A stretch of 64,000 bases of DNA, taken from Candidatus Omnitrophota bacterium (GTDB taxonomy: Bacteria; Omnitrophota; Gorgyraeia; Gygaellales; Profunditerraquicolaceae). The notes below the pieces were generated by a model. It saw only the letters and a list, made by a program, of their open reading frames with translations. It was not told the DNA's origin and made no database searches. The stretch is taken from contig JAQTTQ010000002.1 in the NCBI GenBank assembly GCA_028710685.1, forward strand, positions 33,416 through 97,415. The letters are read 5' to 3'. Positions 49,377-58,783 of this stretch are shown here, one piece after another (position 1 is the first letter of the stretch; every line of letters begins with the position of its first letter). Position numbers and translations under genes: made by a program.

Positions 49377-51524
49377 GTGAGAGAGAAAAGGCTTAATGAA
49401 GTAAAGGGCGTAATTTTAGTTGCGGTTGGCATTATGGTCCTAGCCAGCCTGATAAGGTTCGAGCGTCTTGACCTGCCATTTTATACGTCACATCCCAATA
49501 TTCCTCCAAAAAACTTATTAGGTGTATTCGGCGCTTATTTAGGCGAGTTAATCGTCTTTTTATTCGGCAGACCGGCCAGTTTTGTCCTTCCCGTATTAAT
49601 TACTCTTTTGGGGGTTAAGTTTTTCAGGCAAGAGAAGCCTTATTTAAGCATACCCAGGGTATCGGGGATGTTTGTCCTGCTTGTGTCAATAAGTTCGCTT
49701 ATCGGGATGTTTAACCTGCTTAATGAAAGCGCAAGGTTCTATTATTCCGGCCTCTTTGGCGCTTTATCCGCTAAATTTGTTACTGCTTATTTCAGCCGCT
49801 TAGGCGGTTTTATTATATTTATTACCTTTGCCATACTCTCTCTGGCATTAGTCACCGAAACTCTTATCTCTTCTTTATTCTCTAGATATACGGATAAGGT
49901 TAAGTTTTTCTGGGGAGCGCTATTTAAGCGCCGGATGGGTTTAAGGCCCAAGCCTAAGGTTGCAGAGAAAAAAGATCCTGTTCAGGTTAACTCTAAGCCA
50001 AAGGCGGAAAAAGAGCCGGTTTCATTCTTCAGGCCTAAAATTCAGATTAAGGCTAAGTCTCCTGTTGAGCAGGTAAAGATAAAGCCGCAAGAATTAAAGA
50101 TCGGGGATTATCATTTACCTTCTTTGGATTTATTGGATGCCCCTCCGCCTCCTGAGGCAAGGCAAATTAAGGAGGATTTAGAGGGCAATGCCCGGATATT
50201 AGAAGATACTTTAGGGGATTTTGGTATTTCATCCAGGGTTACGGATATTGAGCGTGGCCCCATCATTACCCGTTATGAGCTTGAGCCGGCACCCGGAGTA
50301 AAATTAAGCCGTATTGTAACCTTAAGCGATGATATTGCCTTGAATATGAAGGCCCAGTCCGTAAGAATACTGGCGCCTATTCCGGGCAAAGACAGAGTGG
50401 GGATAGAGGTACCTAATACTCAAGGCAGTTTTGTGTATTTAAAAGAAGTTTTCTCTTCTTCGGAATTTCAGAAAAACCCTGCTTTCTTAACCCTTGCCTT
50501 GGGTAAAGATATTACCGGTAAATCCGTAGTTACTGATCTTGATGATATGCCGCACCTTTTAATTGCCGGTACTACCGGTTCAGGTAAGACGGTTTGCGTT
50601 AATTCCCTGATTTTATCCCTGATTTTCAGAAACTCTCCCGCGGATTTAAAATTTGTTATGATTGACCCTAAAATGGTTGAGCTTATGCCTTTTAACGGTT
50701 TGCCGCATCTTTTATGCCCTGTGGTGACGGATTCTAAAAAAGCCTATACTGCCCTTAACTGGGCGGTCGGTGAAATGGAAGAGCGCTACCGGCTTTTATC
50801 TAAGGCAGGTGCCAGGAACATAAAGGCCTATAACGAGAAACAGGAAAAAATGCCTTTTATAGTGGTAATCGTTGATGAATTTGCGGATTTGATGAGCGTA
50901 TCCCGCGATCAGACCGAGGCAGCGGTACAGCGCTTGGCCCAATTATCCCGGGCGGTTGGAATACACCTTGTCCTGGCTACGCAAAGGCCTTCGGTTAACG
51001 TTATAACCGGAGTTATAAAAGCTAACCTTCCTGCGCGTATCTCTTTTAAGGTTGCCTCAAAGGTAGATTCGCGTACAGTATTAGATATGAATGGCGCAGA
51101 TAAGTTGTTGGGAAAAGGGGATATGCTTTTTCTGCGTCCCGGGGAAGCAAAGCCTATACGCATACAGGGCGCTTTAGTCGGGGATAAGGAGATTGAAAGG
51201 GTCGTGGAATTTATAAAATCTCAGGCGCAGCCGGTTTACAATGAGCAGATATTGAAAGAAAAAGAAAGGTCCGGCTTAAACAGTTCAGAGAAGGATGAGT
51301 TTTATGATGAGGCAGTAAAGGTTATAATAGAGAGCAACCAGGCATCAGTATCTATTTTGCAGAGAAGGATGCGTTTAGGGTATAACCGTGCCGCAAGGAT
51401 TATTGATATGATGGAGCAGGATGGTTTAGTCGGCCCTTTTGAGGGGAGTAAGCCGCGCAGGATCTTAGTTGACCGGGAAGCCTGGTTAAAGGAGAGCCTG
51501 AATCGCGTTAAGGAAAACGAATGA
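49377..51524 (+). CDS. ftsK: DNA translocase FtsK
   Basis: N-terminal TM segments, a linker, the motor domain (IAGTTGSGKTV) and a C-terminal gamma wHTH domain; GTG start. Confidence 0.9.
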   Translation: MREKRLNEVKGVILVAVGIMVLASLIRFERLDLPFYTSHPNIPPKNLLGVFGAYLGELIVFLFGRPASFVLPVLITLLGVKFFRQEKPYLSIPRVSGMFVLLVSISSLIGMFNLLNESARFYYSGLFGALSAKFVTAYFSRLGGFIIFITFAILSLALVTETLISSLFSRYTDKVKFFWGALFKRRMGLRPKPKVAEKKDPVQVNSKPKAEKEPVSFFRPKIQIKAKSPVEQVKIKPQELKIGDYHLPSLDLLDAPPPPEARQIKEDLEGNARILEDTLGDFGISSRVTDIERGPIITRYELEPAPGVKLSRIVTLSDDIALNMKAQSVRILAPIPGKDRVGIEVPNTQGSFVYLKEVFSSSEFQKNPAFLTLALGKDITGKSVVTDLDDMPHLLIAGTTGSGKTVCVNSLILSLIFRNSPADLKFVMIDPKMVELMPFNGLPHLLCPVVTDSKKAYTALNWAVGEMEERYRLLSKAGARNIKAYNEKQEKMPFIVVIVDEFADLMSVSRDQTEAAVQRLAQLSRAVGIHLVLATQRPSVNVITGVIKANLPARISFKVASKVDSRTVLDMNGADKLLGKGDMLFLRPGEAKPIRIQGALVGDKEIERVVEFIKSQAQPVYNEQILKEKERSGLNSSEKDEFYDEAVKVIIESNQASVSILQRRMRLGYNRAARIIDMMEQDGLVGPFEGSKPRRILVDREAWLKESLNRVKENE

Positions 51525-52300
51525 TGAATGCCGAACAATTATCAGTAGGGGAGAGGTTAAAGAAAGCGCGCCAGGAAAAAGGATTTACCCTGGAGGATCT
51601 TCAGAAGAAGACCCGGGTGCATCTTAATATCCTTAAGGCGATAGAAGGAGAAACCCTTACTAATTTAAGCCCGGTTTATCTAAAGGGTTTTATTAAGATT
51701 TATTGTAAGGCGCTGGGGCTTGAGGTTAAGGATTATATTTACGATTATAAAGAGGATGCCTCCAGGGTTATGCCTAGGCCAAAGAAAGATACAAATTCAT
51801 TTTTTAAGAGTGCGGGAATTAAATTAAATTCTCTGAAGCCAAGCCGCCAGGTAAGGGGTTTGATTATAAAGGTACTGATTGTTTTGTTTTCTTTGGTGCT
51901 TCTTATTAAGGTGGGGGGGTGTCTTCTTTCCGGGCGTAAACAGTCTTCTCCACCAGCAGTTAAGCCTGCCGCTGAAGGGGCGTTATCCGCGGTTGCACAG
52001 CCCTCAGGCCTGGCCCTTCCTAAGGAGGCAATGGGAGGGATAAGCCTGGTTGTCAGCGCAAAAGAAAAGTGCCTTGTTTTTATAAAAGTAGACGGTAAGG
52101 TAGTTTTTCATAGAGTTTTAGAAAAGGGTAGATCCGCCACCTGGAAGGCAAAGGAGAGAATAGATCTTTCTTTAGGGAATGCCTCGGCCGTAGAGATAAT
52201 TGTAAACGGCCAACGCTTTACCAAGCTAGGGCTTAAGAGGGGCCAGCCGTTGAATAATATAGTAATCACCGAGAAAGACGGCCTTAAAATTCCGCGGTGA
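51521..52300 (+). CDS. RodZ-like cytoskeleton protein (N-terminal XRE-type HTH, one TM segment, C-terminal DUF4115)
   Basis: HTH (GERLKKARQEKGFTLEDLQKKTRVHLNILKAIE), a TM helix (LIIKVLIVLFSLVLLI) and a C-terminal beta domain. Confidence 0.65.
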   Translation: MMNAEQLSVGERLKKARQEKGFTLEDLQKKTRVHLNILKAIEGETLTNLSPVYLKGFIKIYCKALGLEVKDYIYDYKEDASRVMPRPKKDTNSFFKSAGIKLNSLKPSRQVRGLIIKVLIVLFSLVLLIKVGGCLLSGRKQSSPPAVKPAAEGALSAVAQPSGLALPKEAMGGISLVVSAKEKCLVFIKVDGKVVFHRVLEKGRSATWKAKERIDLSLGNASAVEIIVNGQRFTKLGLKRGQPLNNIVITEKDGLKIPR

Positions 52301-53553
52301 AACCAAGGATAGGCATATTAAGTTTAGGCTGCCCTAGAAACCTGGTAGACTCAGAGGTTATCCTAAGCCGCCTTTCAGGGAAAGGTTATAAAATAGTCGA
52401 TATAGATAAAGCGCAGGTAGCGGTTGTTAATACCTGTGCTTTTATAAAAGAGGCAAAGCAGGAATCAATAGATGTAATTTTGGATCTTATAGATTTAAAG
52501 AAACAGGGCAAGATTAAAAAGCTGATTGTATACGGGTGTTTATCGCAGCGCTATAAAGATACCCTTGCCCGGGAGTTACCGGAAGTAGATGCTTTCTTGG
52601 GCAGGGTTTCCCCCGAATCAAAGGTTATTGAATATTCCCTTACCCCAAGCCACTATGCCTATCTGAAGGTTTGCGAGGGGTGCATCAACCAATGCAGTTT
52701 TTGTATTATTCCTAAGATTAAGGGCAAATTAGTAAGCCTTTCGGTTGCTTCAATATTACATAAGGTCGAGGGGTTTAATAGGCAGGGCCTCTCAGAGTTA
52801 AATATAATCGGACAGGATATCACGGGTTTTGGATTGGATAGGGGATTAAGGCCCGGGCTTACCGGCCTTCTTAAGAAGGTAGTCCAAAAAGCAAGGCGCA
52901 TCGGATGGATCAGGCTTTTATACCTTAATCCTGAGAGATTAAGCGATGAATTATTGAAAATAATCCGCGATGAAGAAAAGATCTGTAAGTATATTGATCT
53001 GCCGATCCAGCATATTAGCAGCCGAATCTTAAGGCTTATGCATAGAGGAGCTACGCGGGATAAGATACTCAGTATTATTGACAGGGTGCGTAAGGTTATC
53101 CCTGACGTTGGCCTGCGAACCAGCATTATTGTCGGTTTCCCCGGCGAGAGGGAAAAGGATTTTAAGGAACTGCTTAGGTTTATAGAGGATACCAAGTTTG
53201 AAAGGTTGGGGGCTTTCAGGTATTCCCGTGAAGAAGGGACTAAGGCTTATAATCTTCCTCAGCAGGTGCCTGAAAGCGTGAAGTCCCAAAGATTTAATCA
53301 GGTGATGTCTTCTCAACAGGCAATCTCGCAGGAGGTTAATAAAAAGTTTATAGGCAAGAAAATAAGGGTTTTGATTGATGCGCCTTCGCAAGGTTGTTAT
53401 ATCGGGCGCAGCCAATTTGATGCCCCTGAGGTAGACGGCGTGGTTTACGTCCATTCCAAGAGTAAGCATCACAGAGGTGATTTTGTAAATTTGAGAGTAA
53501 CGGATACATTGGAGTATGATTTAGTCGGGGAGGTGGAGAATGAACTTAGCTAA
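52297..53553 (+). CDS. rimO: Ribosomal protein S12 methylthiotransferase RimO
   Basis: MTTase N-domain (ILSLGCPRNLVDSE), radical-SAM CEGCINQCSFC and a C-terminal TRAM domain. Confidence 0.85.
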   Translation: MKPRIGILSLGCPRNLVDSEVILSRLSGKGYKIVDIDKAQVAVVNTCAFIKEAKQESIDVILDLIDLKKQGKIKKLIVYGCLSQRYKDTLARELPEVDAFLGRVSPESKVIEYSLTPSHYAYLKVCEGCINQCSFCIIPKIKGKLVSLSVASILHKVEGFNRQGLSELNIIGQDITGFGLDRGLRPGLTGLLKKVVQKARRIGWIRLLYLNPERLSDELLKIIRDEEKICKYIDLPIQHISSRILRLMHRGATRDKILSIIDRVRKVIPDVGLRTSIIVGFPGEREKDFKELLRFIEDTKFERLGAFRYSREEGTKAYNLPQQVPESVKSQRFNQVMSSQQAISQEVNKKFIGKKIRVLIDAPSQGCYIGRSQFDAPEVDGVVYVHSKSKHHRGDFVNLRVTDTLEYDLVGEVENELS

Positions 53554-54118
53554 TAAGTTAACAATGCTCAGGGTTTTGCTTACCTTTGTATTCTTGTTTG
53601 TTTTTTCGATTCAGGGGCTGCTGCCTAAGATACTTGCTTTGGTAATATTTATAGTTGCAGCGTTATCCGATTTATTTGACGGGATGATTGCCAAAAAGAA
53701 TAATATGGTAACTGATTTTGGCCGCCTGATGGATCCTATCGCGGATAAGATACTGGTTTTGGCTGCATTCGCCGCATTCTTAGGCATGCAATTAATTGAG
53801 GCATGGATGTTTGTAATTATTGTCTCCAGGGAGATTCTGATTACCTCCTTAAGGCTCTTCGCCCTTAATAAAGGCAAGATATTATCTGCTGTGCGGGCCG
53901 GCAAGCACAAGACCTTTTCGCAAATGGCGGTTATATTCTACATCCTGGGTTTTATCGTGGTTAAGGAATCGGTTAAATCCTATTCTGTCTGGAATCCCGT
54001 ATGGGAGGATTTTTTCCGTAACAGCATAAATATACTTATGCTCTTTACCGTAGGGCTCACCCTTTATTCCGGCATATCCTATTTGTGGGAGAACCGTAAG
54101 ATTATAACTAAGTTATAA
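53540..54118 (+). CDS. pgsA: CDP-diacylglycerol--glycerol-3-phosphate 3-phosphatidyltransferase
   Basis: CDP-alcohol phosphatidyltransferase motif (DLFDGMIAKK..DPIADK). Confidence 0.85.
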   Translation: MNLANKLTMLRVLLTFVFLFVFSIQGLLPKILALVIFIVAALSDLFDGMIAKKNNMVTDFGRLMDPIADKILVLAAFAAFLGMQLIEAWMFVIIVSREILITSLRLFALNKGKILSAVRAGKHKTFSQMAVIFYILGFIVVKESVKSYSVWNPVWEDFFRNSINILMLFTVGLTLYSGISYLWENRKIITKL

Positions 54119-54579
54119 TGATTAAATTCCTGGTGAGGATATTAAGCACTTTTTTTTATGTGGGGTATCTTCCTTTAATCCCCGGTACATTCGCCAGCCT
54201 TGCAGGCATACTGGTGTATATGCTAATTCAAGGATATGCCCTCAACTATGTTCTGGTCACCTTATTAATTACCATTACCGGTTTTCTAGTTTCAGGCCCC
54301 GCGGAGAAGGCAATGCAAAGGAAGGATCCGCCTTATATTGTAATTGATGAAGTCTCCGGCATACTCTTAAGCCTTTTATTTTTGCCTTATGATATAAGGA
54401 TAATAATTCTTGCCTTTATCCTTTTTCGTCTCCTTGATACGCTTAAGCCATACCCGGCCGGTTCCCTAGAGAAGCTTAAGGCAGGGGCAGGTATTATGGC
54501 GGATGATTTGGTAGCGGGGATTTATACCAATATTATACTTCAGGTATCCCTAAGGGTTATTTCTTTTAAGGCTTCATAG
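54118..54579 (+). CDS. pgpA: Phosphatidylglycerophosphatase A
   Basis: FFYVGYLPLIPGTFASLAG.. in the PgpA family. Lies immediately after pgsA. Confidence 0.85.
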   Translation: MIKFLVRILSTFFYVGYLPLIPGTFASLAGILVYMLIQGYALNYVLVTLLITITGFLVSGPAEKAMQRKDPPYIVIDEVSGILLSLLFLPYDIRIIILAFILFRLLDTLKPYPAGSLEKLKAGAGIMADDLVAGIYTNIILQVSLRVISFKAS

Positions 54580-55112
54580 ACTGCACCGCCAGGGGTTAGC
54601 CTGCTCTTAAAGACTGTAATTCTTTCGGCAGTAAAGCTAATCCCTTCTTTATAAAGATCCTCCCCTAAATTGTTCATTGCCGCCATAAGTTTTTCCTTAT
54701 TCTTTGGTGACCTTGTTCTTCCAAGCGTAATATGGCAAGAGAAGGGCTTTTTTTCTTGGATTATTTCTAAGGCTTCCATTCTTTTCTCTAAGGCATAAGC
54801 TAGGTCTTCAATTTTCTTATCTCCATCCTTAACTCCTACCCAAATTACCTTAGGATGGTCTATATCGGGAAAAGTTCCTATGCCGGATAATCCAATCTTG
54901 AATTTCGAGTGATTATGCGCAGTTTCTTCGGTTACCCTGATTACGTTATTTAGCAGGCCTTCGTTTATCTCTCCTAAAAATCTTAGGGTAAGGTGCATAT
55001 TCTCAGGTAGAACCCATCTTATATCTGCCCCGCATTCTTTCAGGTTTGTTTGTATGCGGGAGAGCTTTTCTTTGATATCCGGCGTTAATGTAATTGCAAT
55101 AAAGGCGCGCAC
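54540..55112 (-). CDS. thpR: RNA 2',3'-cyclic phosphodiesterase (ThpR/LigT, 2H family)
   Basis: Two H-x-T/S-x motifs (HLTLRFLGE, HITLGR). Confidence 0.8.
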   Translation of the reverse strand: MRAFIAITLTPDIKEKLSRIQTNLKECGADIRWVLPENMHLTLRFLGEINEGLLNNVIRVTEETAHNHSKFKIGLSGIGTFPDIDHPKVIWVGVKDGDKKIEDLAYALEKRMEALEIIQEKKPFSCHITLGRTRSPKNKEKLMAAMNNLGEDLYKEGISFTAERITVFKSRLTPGGAVYEALKEITLRDT

Positions 55113-55119
55113 GGTTTTC

Positions 55120-55587
55120 TTATAAAATTGATTTTAGTAATTGCAGAGATTGAAGGGCAGTCTGTTTTCTTACCGAAGAGCGGTCTCCTTTAAAAAGGAA
55201 CCTTTGGCAAAGGTTCCTTTTCCCGTCAGTTACGGCAATAAAGGCCGTGCCCACAGGCTTATTTATTCTTGCTCCGGTTGGCCCGGCAATCCCGGTTACC
55301 GCTAACCCTAAATCAGCCTTAGCTAATTTCCTTACATTTTTTGCCATGAGCAGGGCAGTTTCTTCTGAAACAGCCCCGTTCTTGGATAGGATAGAGGCGG
55401 GTATTTTCAAGATCTTATTTTTTATCTGATTGCTGTATGCGGTTATTCCAAGCAGCAGGTATTTTGAGCTTCCCGGGTTATCGGTGAGAATTTTGGAGAT
55501 AAGCCCCGCGGTAGAGGATTCGGCGATAGCAAGGGTTTTGTTTTCTTTAATCAGGGCTTTATGTAAATATTTTGTAAGGTTTTGCAT
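55120..55587 (-). CDS. CinA C-terminal-domain protein (nicotinamide-nucleotide amidohydrolase PncC-like)
   Basis: LAIAESSTAGLISKILTDNPGSS.. in the CinA_C family; stand-alone 155 aa. Confidence 0.8.
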   Translation of the reverse strand: MQNLTKYLHKALIKENKTLAIAESSTAGLISKILTDNPGSSKYLLLGITAYSNQIKNKILKIPASILSKNGAVSEETALLMAKNVRKLAKADLGLAVTGIAGPTGARINKPVGTAFIAVTDGKRNLCQRFLFKGDRSSVRKQTALQSLQLLKSIL

Positions 55588-55620
55588 ATTTATAGCATCA
55601 TTATATCCTTTTTTAGCCTC

Positions 55621-55649
55621 TTGACAAGATTAGTTTTTATGCTATACTA
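55621..55649 (+). promoter_or_regulatory. Sigma70-like promoter TTGACA-17-TATACT driving the FMN riboswitch / rib operon
   Basis: Consensus hexamers immediately upstream of the riboswitch aptamer. Confidence 0.5.
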
Positions 55650-55655
55650 ATTTCA

Positions 55656-55775
55656 ATCAATCTTCAGGGCAGGGTGTAATCCCCGACCGGCGGTTAAGTC
55701 CGCGAGCCTTAAAATAAGGCATGAACCGGTTAGATTCCGGTACCGATGGTACAGTCCAGATAGAAGAAGATAAGT
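55656..55775 (+). ncRNA. FMN riboswitch (RFN element) aptamer
   Basis: CTTCAGGGCAGGGTGTAATCCCCGACCGGCGGTTAAGTCCGCGAGCC..GGTACAGTCCAGATAGAAGAAGAT matches the conserved RFN core (GGGCAGGGUGAAAUUCCCGACCGGCGGUA..AGCCCGCGAGC..CAGUCCGGAUG.AAGAAGAU), and it sits upstream of ribBA. Confidence 0.85.
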
Positions 55776-55785
55776 TTATCTTATG

Positions 55786-55810
55786 CCCGAAGTCAGCCTT
55801 CGGGTTTTTT
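55786..55810 (+). terminator. Intrinsic terminator forming the riboswitch expression platform (CCCGAAG-tcagc-CTTCGGG + TTTTTT)
   Basis: 7-bp GC-rich hairpin followed by a U6 tract, ending 13 nt before the ribBA ATG. Confidence 0.7.
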
Positions 55811-55823
55811 ATTGGAGTCAGAT

Positions 55824-57035
55824 ATGCTTAATACGATACCGGAAATTATTGAAGAATTAAAAAGGGGAAGAATGGTGATCGTCGTTGACGATGAGAGCCG
55901 CGAGAACGAAGGCGATCTGGTCATGCCCGCTTCCTTTGTAAGGGCTGAAGATATCAATTTTATGTCCAAGTTTGGCCGGGGGCTTATCTGTGTACCAATG
56001 GAGGAATCCAGGCTCAGCTTTTTAGGGCTTAGGCCTATGTTAGGCGAGGCTTCCTCTTTAGGGTCAAAAGACCCTTTTTCCACCGCCTGGGTAATATCAA
56101 CAGATGCGGCCTTAGGCGTAACTACGGGTATATCTGCCCATGACCGTTCGCGTACAATCGAAGTCTTAATCAACTCCAGGTCAAGGCCTGAAGATTTAAT
56201 CCGCCCGGGCCATATCTTCCCTTTACGTGCCCGCGAAGGAGGAATTTTGGTGCGCGCCGGACATACCGAAGCATCGGTGGACCTTATGAAATTAAGTGGC
56301 CTGTATCCGGCAGCGGTTATTTGTGAGATTATGAATGATGACGGAAGCATGAGCCGTATGCCGCAGCTTCTTGATTTTGCAAAGAAGCATAATTTAAGAA
56401 TTTGTTCTATTGCCAATCTTATCGAATACCGCCGTAAGTCGGAGAAATTGGTAGAGAGGTTAACCGAGACTATCCTGCCTACTGAATTCGGCAAGTTTAA
56501 TCTTATCCTTTTTCGCGACCTTACCAATGGCAAGGTCCACACAGTGCTTACTGCCGGGAATTGGAAAGAAGAGCCGGTTTTAGTGCGCGTGCATTCGGAG
56601 TGTTTAACCGGAGATGTTTTCGGCTCATTGCGCTGTGATTGCGGCAAGCAATTGTCCAAGGCTATGCAGGCTATATCTGCCGAGGGCAAAGGCGCTATAC
56701 TCTATATGAACCAGGAGGGCAGGGGGATAGGCCTTGTAGAAAAGATTAAGGCCTATAAGCTTCAGGATAAAGGGTTGGATACGGTTGAGGCCAATGAGGC
56801 CTTGGGCCACAAGGCTGATTTAAGAGATTACGGCATAGGCGCTCAGATCTTGGTGGATTTAGGAATAAAGAATATCCGGCTTTTTACCAATAATCCGCGT
56901 AAGATCATAGGCCTGGAAGGTTATGGGCTCAGGGTTGTTGAGAGGGTTTCTCTAGAGATCAAGCATAACCCCTTGAATTATAAATACCTTAAGACCAAGA
57001 AAGAAAAGCTTGGCCATAATTTAAATATAGATTAA
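55824..57035 (+). CDS. ribBA: Bifunctional 3,4-dihydroxy-2-butanone-4-phosphate synthase / GTP cyclohydrolase II
   Basis: DHBP synthase N-half (RENEGDLV) and GTP cyclohydrolase II C-half (CDCG, zinc cysteines). Start placed at the ATG at 55824, after GGAG. Confidence 0.9.
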   Translation: MLNTIPEIIEELKRGRMVIVVDDESRENEGDLVMPASFVRAEDINFMSKFGRGLICVPMEESRLSFLGLRPMLGEASSLGSKDPFSTAWVISTDAALGVTTGISAHDRSRTIEVLINSRSRPEDLIRPGHIFPLRAREGGILVRAGHTEASVDLMKLSGLYPAAVICEIMNDDGSMSRMPQLLDFAKKHNLRICSIANLIEYRRKSEKLVERLTETILPTEFGKFNLILFRDLTNGKVHTVLTAGNWKEEPVLVRVHSECLTGDVFGSLRCDCGKQLSKAMQAISAEGKGAILYMNQEGRGIGLVEKIKAYKLQDKGLDTVEANEALGHKADLRDYGIGAQILVDLGIKNIRLFTNNPRKIIGLEGYGLRVVERVSLEIKHNPLNYKYLKTKKEKLGHNLNID

Positions 57036-57078
57036 TTTTACAACAAGTATAAGCAAGAAAATTGAGGAGGGTAGAGAA

Positions 57079-57546
57079 ATGAGCAAGATAATAGAAGGCA
57101 GCCTAATTGCCAAGGGTAAAAAGTTTGGTATTATTGCTTCGCGTTTCAATGATTTTATGACTAAGGAATTAGTCTCCGGTTGTAGCGATACCCTTTTAAG
57201 GCACGGGGTTTTAGATCAGGATTTAACTATATCCTGGGTCCCGGGTGCATTTGAGATACCTCTTGTCGCCCAAAAGATGGCCAAGACTAAGTCATACGAT
57301 GCTATTATTTGTTTAGGGACAGTTATCAGGGGCGCAACGCCTCACTTTGATTACATTGCCTCGGAAGTAGCTAAGGGCATAGCCAAGGCTTCTTCTGACT
57401 CGGGTATCCCGGTAATCTTTGGGATTATTACCGCTGATACTATTGAGCAGGCAGTTGAGCGCTCAGGCTCTAAAGACGGAAATAAAGGCCGTGATGCTGC
57501 GCTTTCAGGGATTGAGATGGTGAATCTCCTGGAGAAGATCAAATAA
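57079..57546 (+). CDS. ribH: 6,7-dimethyl-8-ribityllumazine synthase
   Basis: 155 aa in the lumazine synthase family (..[17 protein letters not shown]..). Confidence 0.9.
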   Translation: MSKIIEGSLIAKGKKFGIIASRFNDFMTKELVSGCSDTLLRHGVLDQDLTISWVPGAFEIPLVAQKMAKTKSYDAIICLGTVIRGATPHFDYIASEVAKGIAKASSDSGIPVIFGIITADTIEQAVERSGSKDGNKGRDAALSGIEMVNLLEKIK

Positions 57547-57962
57547 TGCGTAAACGTAGCCTTGCCCGTGAATTTTCCCTGCAGGTCCTCTATCAGCTGG
57601 ATATTACCAAGGATTCCCCCGAGGCGGCATTGGATAATTTCTGGTCGGCCCAGCCTCAAGAAGGGGCTGATGAAGAGTTAAGGGTTTTCACCTCTAAACT
57701 TGTTAAAGGGGTTATTCTTCATCTTGAAGAAATTGATAAAAAGATTTCTCAGTACGCCCAGAATTGGCAGCTTAAACGTATGGCGGTAGTAGATAGGAAT
57801 ATAATGCGTATGGGCTGTTTTGAGCTTATCTATTGCGATGATATCCCGGCTAAGGTTTCCATTAATGAGGCTGTTGAGCTAGCCAAGAAATTCTCCGGGT
57901 TAGATGCGGGAAAGTTCGTTAATGCGATTTTAGACAAAGTTAAGATAGAGCGGAATAAGTGA
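57546..57962 (+). CDS. nusB: Transcription antitermination factor NusB
   Basis: 138 aa all-helical NusB family protein (ARE..LQVLYQLDI). ATGA junction with ribH. Confidence 0.85.
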   Translation: MRKRSLAREFSLQVLYQLDITKDSPEAALDNFWSAQPQEGADEELRVFTSKLVKGVILHLEEIDKKISQYAQNWQLKRMAVVDRNIMRMGCFELIYCDDIPAKVSINEAVELAKKFSGLDAGKFVNAILDKVKIERNK

Positions 57963-58783
57963 AGTTCGCCGACTTGCATTTACACACTAATTATTCAGAC
58001 GGGACATATACCCCAGAAGAGTTGGTAGAAAAGGCTGTTGGGGCTAAGCTCTCCTGTATTTCTATAACCGATCATGATACGGTAGGGGCTATCCCTGAGG
58101 CAATGGCTGCAGCTAATGCCTCAGGTATTGAGATCTTGCCTGGCATAGAGATTAGCTGTGAGTATGAATTGCGTGAAGTGCATATATTGGGATATCTGAT
58201 AGATTATAAATCATCGGAGTTATTGAAAAGGCTGGAAACTTTAAAAGAAAACCGCATCAGCCGGATATATAAAATAACTGAGAAGTTAAATGCCCTGGGT
58301 ATTGGCTTAAAAGCTGAGGATGTCTTTAGTGTTGCCAACGGCGCTACCGTTGGCAGGCTTCATGTTGCCCGGGCAATGGTATTAAAGGGTTTGGTTAAAA
58401 CTGTTTCTGAGGCCTTCAATAGATATATCGGGGATAGCGGCCCGGCATTTAGTTTAGGTTTCCGTTTTACCCCTGAGGAGGCTATAAAATTCATTCATGA
58501 TAATGCAGGGGTTGCGGTTCTTGCACATCCCTATATAATTAAGGATGAAGAGCTAATATTCAAGCTTATAGGTTTAGGGCTTATGGGGCTGGAAGTTTAT
58601 TATCCCGAACATTCCCAGGGAGAGATTAATTTTTATTTGGGCCTGGCCAAAGAATATAATCTGTTAGTTACCGGAGGCTCTGATTGTCATGGGAGCGCTA
58701 AGCCGCAGGTACGCATTGGCTCGATTAAAATACCTTACGATCTGGTGGAGAAGATGAAAGAGGTAAGGGGGAGATTATCATGA
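57959..58783 (+). CDS. PHP-family phosphoesterase (TrpH/YciV, COG0613 type)
   Basis: ADLHLHTNYSDGT N-motif ... GSDCHG C-motif, 274 aa. Overlaps the nusB stop and the ribD start by 4 nt each. Confidence 0.8.
   Translation: MKFADLHLHTNYSDGTYTPEELVEKAVGAKLSCISITDHDTVGAIPEAMAAANASGIEILPGIEISCEYELREVHILGYLIDYKSSELLKRLETLKENRISRIYKITEKLNALGIGLKAEDVFSVANGATVGRLHVARAMVLKGLVKTVSEAFNRYIGDSGPAFSLGFRFTPEEAIKFIHDNAGVAVLAHPYIIKDEELIFKLIGLGLMGLEVYYPEHSQGEINFYLGLAKEYNLLVTGGSDCHGSAKPQVRIGSIKIPYDLVEKMKEVRGRLS

Noticed and set aside
55793-56689. 298-aa ORF on the minus strand
   Set aside because: It is antisense to ribBA, which is supported by motifs and riboswitch context. The translation is Ser/Arg-rich with no recognisable domain.
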